From Candidatus Daviesbacteria bacterium (GTDB lineage: Bacteria; Patescibacteriota; Microgenomatia; Daviesbacterales; UBA10151): DNA of 62,407 nucleotides. The first letter of the stretch is position 1; each line of letters begins with the position of its first letter. The stretch covers positions 1 to 62,407 of the forward strand of contig DOWS01000046.1 in assembly GCA_003519445.1 (NCBI GenBank), given 5' to 3'. Shown one piece after another: positions 1-6,640 of this stretch. The notes beneath the pieces are model-generated. The model saw only the letters and a program-made list of their open reading frames with translations. It searched no databases and was not told where the DNA came from. The position numbers were made by a program, and so were the translations under genes.

Positions 1-366
1 AATTTGTTTTGGGGGTGCTATACAAATTCTATCAAGGAAAATTTAATTCCGGAGTCAGTTACTAAAAATCAAGCTAAAGTCATTTACGCATCTGAAGCGG
101 ATATTCTCAATATGGCTCTATTCGGCAAGACCGCCCTGAATTGGAGAGATGAAAATAAAGGGAAAGAAGGTAATATCCGTGATTACTCTGATGTTACACA
201 ACTGGTGGTTTTGGCCAATCTTGAAGGGATCAATGCCGAGTTAATCCGTCAAGGTTTATCCCAATCGGAAAGATTAATTAAACTAAACAAAATTGCAATC
301 TCCCAAATGAGATCGCTGCTGGGAAGCCCTTCTTTAAAGAAACTATCAGAAAAAAATGTGGTTTGA
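1..366 (+). CDS. antirepressor-like protein, C-terminal part (KilAC/ORF6C-type); 5' end lies outside the window
   Basis: The frame is open from base 1; the tracker 'M' at 4 is a TTG. The C-terminal motif NIRDY..QLVVLANLEGINAELIRQG..ERL.KLN..A..QM resembles C-terminal domains of KilA-N/Bro-N antirepressor-type proteins (from memory, not searched). Confidence 0.4.
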   Translation, partial: NLFWGCYTNSIKENLIPESVTKNQAKVIYASEADILNMALFGKTALNWRDENKGKEGNIRDYSDVTQLVVLANLEGINAELIRQGLSQSERLIKLNKIAISQMRSLLGSPSLKKLSEKNVV

Positions 367-396
367 TATGGGAAGAAAATATGAAGTTAAATATTT

Positions 397-440
397 ACAT
401 TGGGCATAATCGAAATGTTCACATTGAGTGCAATCGAAAT
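397..440. promoter_or_regulatory. imperfect 20-nt direct repeat pair (ACATTG-N6-AATCGAAAT) upstream of the mazG-like operon; possible operator
   Basis: acattgggcataatcgaaat (397-416) and acattgagtgcaatcgaaat (421-440) match at 16/20 positions with a 24-nt period, about 70 nt upstream of the ATG at 511. Confidence 0.3.
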
Positions 441-510
441 ACTATCTAACTCCGCTCATTTTTGCCATAGTACTGAGCTTGCTTAGGTGCTAGAATTAAT
501 CTAAGAAAAT

Positions 511-858
511 ATGAAAGATACTAATGAATTAATAAGAAAAATAATTATTTTTCGTAATGAGCGTAACTGGCAGCAATTCCATAATCCAAAAGATTTGGCT
601 TTGTCGTTAGTTTTAGAAGCAACTGAGGTAATGGAACATTTTCAGTGGAAAAATAAAGAGGAAATTGAGAGATATATTAAAACTAATAAAACCGACATCG
701 GTGAAGAATTGGCTGATGTGCTTTATTGGGTTTTGCTTATGAGTCATGATTTGAAAATTGATGTTTTAGAAGCATTAGAGAGGAAGATTTTAAAAAATGA
801 AGAAAAATATCCGGTTGAAAAGGCAAAAGGAAAACATACGAAATATAATAAACTTTAA
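511..858 (+). CDS. MazG-like all-alpha NTP pyrophosphohydrolase (dCTPase/house-cleaning type)
   Basis: 115 aa. The EATEVMEHF (ExxE) and EELADVLYW (EExxD) helices are typical of the MazG/DCTPP1-type metal site. Confidence 0.85.
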   Translation: MKDTNELIRKIIIFRNERNWQQFHNPKDLALSLVLEATEVMEHFQWKNKEEIERYIKTNKTDIGEELADVLYWVLLMSHDLKIDVLEALERKILKNEEKYPVEKAKGKHTKYNKL

Positions 859-860
859 TT

Positions 861-2786
861 ATGGCAGTTATTTATTCATCCACAAAAACTGAATTTATGG
901 CAGATGTCGATATTGCTACAACAGTAGAAGCATCTTTTGTTAGAGAGGTTGGCTATCGACCATCACCCGCTCAAATTGGTGCATTTAGGAACTCATTGCC
1001 ATATATGAGAAGGGTTTTGGAGGTGCCTGAGATACCGGGTAATGTAGGTATCGCTATAGAATATAAAATTCCTTCTACTTCTAAAAGGATTGATTTTATT
1101 ATCACAGGGAAAAATGAAGATAATATACCAGTACTAGTTTTAGTTGAATTAAAACAGTGGAGTGAGAACATTTTTGTTACTAATATGGATGGTATTGTAA
1201 ATACCAAATTTTATGGCGATGTTGAACATCCGTCATACCAGGCTTGGTCTTATTCAACTTTATTAGAGGACTACAATAGTAATATTCAAGATAACCATAT
1301 TAGTATTAAACCGTGTGCCTATCTTCATAATTATCAAGAAGATAATGTTATTAAAAATGATTTTTATAAAGAATATACAGACAAAGCACCGGTATTTTTC
1401 AAGTCAGACTGCGAGAAACTTCAAAGTTTTATAAAAAAATTTGTTAAATATGGTGATAATAAAGAATCTTTGTATTCAATCGAAAAAGGAAAAATAAGAC
1501 CCTCCAAAGCACTGGCAGACAGCCTTGCTTCAATGTTTAAAAAAAATAAAAAAGAGTTTACTTTAATAGACGATCAGAAAATTGTTTATGAAAAAGCATT
1601 GCAACTTGCCAAGTTATCAAACAGTAGGAATAAAAATGTTTTAATAGTTCGTGGTGGGCCCGGTACCGGCAAATCTGTTGTTGCAATTAATTTACTTTCT
1701 GAACTAATAAATAAAAAAGCTGATAATAATGTAAGCTATGTTACTAAAAATTCAGCTCCTAGAAGAGTATTTCAAGTAATGTTAGCTGGTGTATTCACAC
1801 AAACAAGGATTTCAAATTTGTTTAGGTCGTCAGATTCTTTTCTGAATCTAGAACCTAATATATTTGACACACTAATAATAGATGAGGCGCATAGGGTTAC
1901 AAAACAGGGTGGTTTTATGGGTAACTTAGGTGAGAATCAAATTATGGAGTTAATTAAGGCGACAAAGTTTAGTATATTTTTTATTGATGAAGACCAAAGA
2001 GTAACACTGAAAGACATAGGAAGAGAATCTGAAATTTCAGACTGGGCCAAAAAATTAGGCGCGAATGTAAGCTTTATGGAACTCGCTTCTCAATTTAGAT
2101 GTAACGGCTCAGATGGTTATTTGCCATGGTTAGATAATCTATTACAAATTAAAGAAACTGCTAATGAGACTACAGAGGGTATTAATTATGATTTTAAAAT
2201 ATTTGATGATGTGAGATTGATGCACGATGAAATTATTAATAAGAATAAACAGAATAATAAATCTAGAATGGTTGCAGGTTATTGTTGGAAGTGGATTAGT
2301 CAAAATGATCCTAGTTTAAAGGATATAGTCATTGGTGATTACCAAGCTACTTGGAATTTGAAACAACATGGACAAGCTTGGCTAGTTCATCCTGAATCTG
2401 TTACTGAAGTTGGTTGTATTCATACATGTCAAGGACTAGATCTTGATTATGTGGGCGTGATTATTGGGCTAGATTTGATTATAAGAGACGGAAAAGTAAT
2501 AACAGATCCGACAAAAAGAGCAACAACAGATAGGTCTTTAAGGGGATTAAATAGATTGGTTGAAGAAAACCCGATTGAAGCAAATAGGTTAGCTGATAGT
2601 ATAATAAAAAATACCTACAGAACATTAATGACTAGAGGAATGAAGGGTTGTTATATTTACTCAGTTGATCCAGAGACGCAACGTTATTTCCAAGAGCACT
2701 TAAACAGCCAAATTTCTGACTCTACTATTTATACGGATGACTCTAATGGTGCTTCGTTTAATGTTGATAAACAGATAAATGAGTAA
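861..2786 (+). CDS. DUF2075-family P-loop ATPase (Schlafen group III helicase-like) with an N-terminal PD-(D/E)xK-like nuclease motif
   Basis: 641 aa. It carries KRIDFII...VLVELKQW (D...ExK), Walker A GGPGTGKS and Walker B LIIDEAHR. It also has the downstream motifs QFRCNGSDGY, GYCWKW, IHTCQGLDLDYVGVI and LMTRG. The ATG lies 2 nt after the mazG-like stop. Confidence 0.85.
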   Translation: MAVIYSSTKTEFMADVDIATTVEASFVREVGYRPSPAQIGAFRNSLPYMRRVLEVPEIPGNVGIAIEYKIPSTSKRIDFIITGKNEDNIPVLVLVELKQWSENIFVTNMDGIVNTKFYGDVEHPSYQAWSYSTLLEDYNSNIQDNHISIKPCAYLHNYQEDNVIKNDFYKEYTDKAPVFFKSDCEKLQSFIKKFVKYGDNKESLYSIEKGKIRPSKALADSLASMFKKNKKEFTLIDDQKIVYEKALQLAKLSNSRNKNVLIVRGGPGTGKSVVAINLLSELINKKADNNVSYVTKNSAPRRVFQVMLAGVFTQTRISNLFRSSDSFLNLEPNIFDTLIIDEAHRVTKQGGFMGNLGENQIMELIKATKFSIFFIDEDQRVTLKDIGRESEISDWAKKLGANVSFMELASQFRCNGSDGYLPWLDNLLQIKETANETTEGINYDFKIFDDVRLMHDEIINKNKQNNKSRMVAGYCWKWISQNDPSLKDIVIGDYQATWNLKQHGQAWLVHPESVTEVGCIHTCQGLDLDYVGVIIGLDLIIRDGKVITDPTKRATTDRSLRGLNRLVEENPIEANRLADSIIKNTYRTLMTRGMKGCYIYSVDPETQRYFQEHLNSQISDSTIYTDDSNGASFNVDKQINE

Positions 2787-3498
2787 TAAGAATATTCTTA
2801 ATTCAAGTATTAAAAAAATACACCCTTCGGAGGGACACAGAAAAAGACTTCGGGAAAAATTTCTTGAATTTGGCCTAAGTGGGTTTCTTGATTATGAGAT
2901 TGTTGAATTATTGCTAACATTAGGCACTCCACGCAAAGATTGCAAAGCAATAGCTAAAGAAGCTATAAAAAATTTTAAAACTCTAAAAGGTGTACTGGAT
3001 GCGGATGTATCCGAGCTAACTACGATTAATGGAATTGGTATGTCAAATGTTTTGGGGATAATTCTATTTCGAGCAATTTCTGAACAATACTCAAAAGAAA
3101 AAATCTCCCCCAAAATCTTATTAAATTCTTCTAAGTTGGTTGCTGAATATCTTCAAACAAAAATAGGAAACAAGAAGGAAGAACATTTTATGATCTTGTA
3201 CTTTGATACAAGAAATAAATTAATAAATGAAGAAATTTCTATTGGTACATTAAATGCAAGCCTGGTTCATCCAAGAGAGGTTTTTAAAAAGGCGATAAAA
3301 GATAATATTGCACAAATTATTGTTGCACACAATCATCCATCTGGTGATCCCAACCCTTCAGAGGAAGATATATCTACAACAAACAGGCTTATTGAGGTAG
3401 GTAAATTAGTAGGCATTTCTATAATTGATCATTTGGTGATTACTCTAAATGATTATTTCAGCTTCAAAGAGAAAGGTATTATTACAACTAAAATTTAG
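2779..3498 (+). CDS. radC: RadC-family JAB/JAMM domain protein
   Basis: 239 aa with the JAMM motif HNHPSGDPNPSEED and an N-terminal helix-hairpin-helix-like region. It overlaps the upstream gene by 8 nt. Confidence 0.9.
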   Translation: MSNKNILNSSIKKIHPSEGHRKRLREKFLEFGLSGFLDYEIVELLLTLGTPRKDCKAIAKEAIKNFKTLKGVLDADVSELTTINGIGMSNVLGIILFRAISEQYSKEKISPKILLNSSKLVAEYLQTKIGNKKEEHFMILYFDTRNKLINEEISIGTLNASLVHPREVFKKAIKDNIAQIIVAHNHPSGDPNPSEEDISTTNRLIEVGKLVGISIIDHLVITLNDYFSFKEKGIITTKI

Positions 3499-3524
3499 TG
3501 AATACTAGTTAAAGAAGTGCAACT

Positions 3525-3641
3525 ATGAAATTAAAACAAGAGTTAATATCTTATTCAAGTAAAATAAATGAAGAAGTTTATAAACTCTACGGCTTAACGC
3601 CGGAAGAAATTGCAAATGTGGAGGGGGTTGCTAAGAATTAG
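3525..3641 (+). pseudogene. orphan 38-codon ORF resembling the extreme C-terminus of a restriction-modification (type IIG/type I/BREX-like) methyltransferase
   Basis: It translates to MKLKQELISYSSKINEEVYKLYGLTPEEIANVEGVAKN. The '(V)Y.LYGLT.EEI..VEG' tail is a recurrent end of N6-adenine methyltransferase/specificity fusions. No methyltransferase body lies upstream. Confidence 0.35.
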
Positions 3642-4224
3642 ATTTGACTATTCCTTCTTTTACCAGCCTTCGGGCTAAAACATCACCGGAAACTTGGAAG
3701 ATATCGAGTAAATCTTCTGTAATTGTGGCAAAAATTTCGGGTGTTTCTTGAGAGGGGATTCTTCCTAACCTCTTCTTGAGTTCATTAATAAGCAGTTGGG
3801 TTGGAACTAAAACATGACTTGCAAAACTATATGCTTGATATTCGAGCCAGCCATGTTCTTCATCGGTTATTTTTGCCGCTAGGCTGTTTAAATCCTCAAC
3901 GGAGTTGATATTAAGATTTTTAAATAAATCACCATGTAATATAAAATGACCAATTTCATGGGCAATAGTAAACCGCGTTCTATTTTCAAAATTCATATAT
4001 AAGTTGAAATCTATAAAAATTGTAGTTAAATCAGAAATTAGGAACCCGTCCACGTCATAATCTTTTTTTAGATTTATTTGTTCATGAATTTTAAGATTAA
4101 GTTTTTGCTCGGCGATCTCTTCAATCGGTATTGGTAGTGAATTGCGGGGATGGTAATTGGTCAGAAATTGATCTGCTATTTCACCAATTCTTTTGTATGA
4201 AAGACATTGCAGGGTAATATTCAT
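3631..4224 (-). CDS. ImmA/IrrE-family zinc metallopeptidase (DUF955)
   Basis: 197 aa with the HEIGHFILH (HExxH) motif. Its ATG overlaps the stop of the upstream XRE gene (ATGA). Confidence 0.85.
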   Translation of the reverse strand: MNITLQCLSYKRIGEIADQFLTNYHPRNSLPIPIEEIAEQKLNLKIHEQINLKKDYDVDGFLISDLTTIFIDFNLYMNFENRTRFTIAHEIGHFILHGDLFKNLNINSVEDLNSLAAKITDEEHGWLEYQAYSFASHVLVPTQLLINELKKRLGRIPSQETPEIFATITEDLLDIFQVSGDVLARRLVKEGIVKSNS

Positions 4225-4610
4225 TCATTATTAATCAGATCAACCAATTCCTGGAGCTTTTTTTTGGATAGTCTTTGACCACGAGCAGTTCTAAAAAGTA
4301 AAGGTAAAAACCTTGGTGCTCGTGTGTTTGACAGTATATCTTCCGGTACTCTGCCCTTGGCAGCATGAGCAAGGTCAAAAAATATGGTCCATTCCTCGCT
4401 ATCTTTTGGAATTTTTAAGGCAACAGCATATCCTGCCAGTTTTTCTTTATCAATACTGGGCGAAAGGATATTTCTTTCGAGTCTGCTGATATTTCCCGGG
4501 TCATAACCGTATCTTTCGCAAAAAGATCGAAGGGTAAAACCAATAGCAACCCTTTTTTGTCTGAAGAATTCTCCGAATGATTGAACAGTAAAGACTTGAC
4601 TTTTTGCCAT
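4221..4610 (-). CDS. XRE-family helix-turn-helix transcriptional regulator
   Basis: The HTH region FRQKRVAIGFTLRSFCERYGYDPGNISRLERN is present. I prefer the ATG at 4610 (MAKSQVF...), because the tracker start at 4649 is a TTG that is itself the -35 hexamer of a consensus promoter. Confidence 0.8.
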   Translation of the reverse strand: MAKSQVFTVQSFGEFFRQKRVAIGFTLRSFCERYGYDPGNISRLERNILSPSIDKEKLAGYAVALKIPKDSEEWTIFFDLAHAAKGRVPEDILSNTRAPRFLPLLFRTARGQRLSKKKLQELVDLINNE

Positions 4611-4613
4611 ATC

Positions 4614-4649
4614 TGTTGTAATAATAGTACAACAGTTTTTATTTGTCAA
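4614..4649 (-). promoter_or_regulatory. sigma70-type promoter (TTGACA-17 nt-TATTAT) with a 7-bp palindromic operator bracketing the -10 box; near-leaderless XRE transcript
   Basis: On the minus strand, TTGACA is at 4649-4644 and TATTAT at 4626-4621, with a 17-nt spacer. The inverted repeat is tgttgta (4614-4620) / tacaaca (4628-4634). The ATG at 4610 is only 10 nt past the -10 box. Confidence 0.55.
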
Positions 4650-4663
4650 GGAGGTGATTGTTA

Positions 4664-4738
4664 ATGATGATATGGAAATGCCCTACATGTGGAGAAGCAA
4701 CCGGTTTCTATAGGTGCTCAAGTAAGGGTGGGTGGTAA
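4664..4738 (+). CDS. tiny 24-aa CxxC peptide ORF with a strong Shine-Dalgarno sequence (hypothetical)
   Basis: AAGGAGGTGA (4648-4657) sits 6 nt upstream of ATGATG. The ORF encodes MMIWKCPTCGEATGFYRCSSKGGW* and is divergent from the XRE promoter. Confidence 0.25.
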   Translation: MMIWKCPTCGEATGFYRCSSKGGW

Positions 4739-4937
4739 TGTTAATAATTCTGGGAGCATAAAAGTATTTCCTGATGGCAGATTCACAATAGACGGTAGTT
4801 TAATTAATACGGGTAGTTTAATCATAAATGACCCTGAGAAAATAAAACAATTACTTGTAGAATTAGTAAAAACTAGCGGGAATTTCGCCACATTAGGTAT
4901 GGAAGTGCTAAGAAGATTTTTTGGATTGAGGGAGTAA
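4689..4937 (+). CDS. hypothetical 82-aa protein (Gly/Asn-rich beta-strand repeats, bactofilin-like look)
   Basis: This ORF is from the tracker only. It has a GTG start, no SD and no recognisable family. Confidence 0.25.
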   Translation: MEKQPVSIGAQVRVGGNVNNSGSIKVFPDGRFTIDGSLINTGSLIINDPEKIKQLLVELVKTSGNFATLGMEVLRRFFGLRE

Positions 4938-5020
4938 AAAATTACCAATAAACAAGCTGGGGATTTTGGGGGAAGGGAGTCTTGACTTTCGGGTAATTTA
5001 TGGTTTAAAGTAGAGTATAT

Positions 5021-5275
5021 ATGAAAAAAGGCAAGCAAATTATTAAACAAAATGAGTTTACCGAGTTTTTACTTTACACAACGCCAAATGGAAAAGTAAA
5101 AGTTGAAATATTTCTTCATAATGAAAATATCTGGTTAACCCAAGCTAGAATTGCCGAACTTTTTGGAGTAAATCGTCCCGCCATTACTAAACATTTAAAA
5201 AACATATTTGAAACTAAGGAGTTGAACAAGAAATCAGTTAGTTCCATTTTGGAACATACTGCAAAAAACTTTTAA
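5021..5275 (+). pseudogene. RhuM-family protein, N-terminal fragment (truncated)
   Basis: 84 aa. FLLYTTPNGKVKVEIFLHNENIWLTQARIAELFGVNRPAITKHLKNIFETKEL matches the conserved RhuM N-terminus. Full-length members are several-fold longer, and this ORF stops where 'TA.DGK.Y' normally continues. Confidence 0.55.
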
Positions 5276-5293
5276 AAAAGGTTAAGAAATAAT

Positions 5294-6133
5294 ATGGATG
5301 CAAAATTAGCTGTTTTTGAAGGAAGAAAAATCCGCAGGCAATGGGATGGGAAAAAGGAAAAGTGGTATTTTTCCGTGGTTGATATTATACAGGCTTTGAT
5401 TCAACAGCCAGATTATCAAACCTCCAGAAAATACTGGAATAAATTAAAAGAAAGATTAAAGAAGGAAGGAAGTGAGTCGGTGACAAATTGTCACCAACTG
5501 AAAATGCAAGCAAGCGATGGAAAATTTTATAAAACAGATGTGGCTGATGTAGAAACTTTGTTTCGTCTGATTCAATCCGTTCCTAGTCCTAAAGCAGAAC
5601 CAATTAAACTTTGGCTGGCAAAAGTCGGGTATGAAAGATTACAAGAAATAGCTGATCCGGAAAAATCTATCAGCAGAGGCAGAACAAATTGGCAAAGAAT
5701 GGGCAGGAGCCAGAAATGGATCCAGCAGAGAATGATGGGTCAGGAAATCCGCAATAAACTGACTGATTATTGGAAAGATAATGAAGTTAGTCAAAAAGAT
5801 GAATATGCAATTTTGACAAATATTATTCATGAGGAATGGAGTGATCTATCGGTTAAGGAACACAAGTCGCTGAAAAATCTCAAGACAGAAAACTTGCGTG
5901 ATCATATGACAGATGCGGAACTGGTTTTTACGGCTTTGGCGGAACTTTCAACCAGGCAAATTGCAGAGGTAGATCAGGCCAAGGGTTTTGAAGAAAACAT
6001 AATTCCGGCCAAAAAAGGCGGACGGATTGCTAAAAATGCCCGGAAGGAGCTGGAGCAGAAAACCAGCAGAAAAGTTGTTTCAGGAGAAAATTTTAAGCTG
6101 CCGGGAAAGAAACTCCTAGACGGAGCATATTAA
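5294..6133 (+). CDS. Bro-N / DinD-like (DNA-damage-inducible protein D-like) protein
   Basis: 279 aa with an N-terminal Bro-N-like FEGRKIRRQWDGKKEKWYFSVVDIIQAL. The C-terminal helical region (LRDHMTDAELVFTALAELSTRQIAE) resembles E. coli DinD. Confidence 0.65.
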   Translation: MDAKLAVFEGRKIRRQWDGKKEKWYFSVVDIIQALIQQPDYQTSRKYWNKLKERLKKEGSESVTNCHQLKMQASDGKFYKTDVADVETLFRLIQSVPSPKAEPIKLWLAKVGYERLQEIADPEKSISRGRTNWQRMGRSQKWIQQRMMGQEIRNKLTDYWKDNEVSQKDEYAILTNIIHEEWSDLSVKEHKSLKNLKTENLRDHMTDAELVFTALAELSTRQIAEVDQAKGFEENIIPAKKGGRIAKNARKELEQKTSRKVVSGENFKLPGKKLLDGAY

Positions 6134-6394
6134 TGTAATTTAATTGATAGCTTCATCTCATATGCTCATGTCTGCGCCAACCTTTTGCGCGAAAGTGACG
6201 CATGGTAGGTATTCCAGAGTGTCGTTTGTGGTCATCATAGGCAGGCTCTCGTAAAAATTCGTCATGCTGTTTCCTTAAGCCTGCCTCTATATCAACAGGT
6301 GTTAATTTTGTTTCTCTTTCAACTGCTTACATATAGTTTCAGATTATAGCAAAAAAGTTGTTGAATTGGGGAAATTTGTGTTACTCTTAATTTA

Positions 6395-6640
6395 ATGTCC
6401 AAAAAGAGTTTTGTAATTATTTTAATTTTAAGTGTGGTGGTAACATGGTTAATTAAAGAGATTCAGGGGGTTTTGAAATTTTCTTTAGGTGGATTAGATG
6501 TAGGTTTACCGATAAGTTTTTATAAATGCTCTTTTATAAGCTCATGCACTATAGATTATGGAATGTTGGTAATTGATATAATTTTTTGGTTTGTGGTGAT
6601 TTGGGGAACTTGGAAAGGGGTTTCAAAAATTCGTTTCTAA
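6395..6640 (+). CDS. small hypothetical membrane protein (2-3 TM)
   Basis: The ORF has hydrophobic helices and no family recognised. Its 3' end overlaps the convergent lipase gene by 18 nt. Confidence 0.4.
   Translation: MSKKSFVIILILSVVVTWLIKEIQGVLKFSLGGLDVGLPISFYKCSFISSCTIDYGMLVIDIIFWFVVIWGTWKGVSKIRF

Noticed and set aside
4718-5050. 110-aa minus-strand ORF overlapping the 82-aa plus-strand ORF
   Set aside because: It has no family resemblance, runs across an intergenic region into the RhuM fragment start, and has no promoter or RBS. Neither overlapping ORF is well supported, and I kept only the plus-strand one at low confidence.
5021-6133. Possibility that the RhuM fragment and the Bro-N/DinD-like ORF are one frameshifted gene
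   Set aside because: The second ORF has its own complete Bro-N-type N-terminus and start codon. The RhuM fragment breaks off where RhuM proteins continue with a different conserved core.
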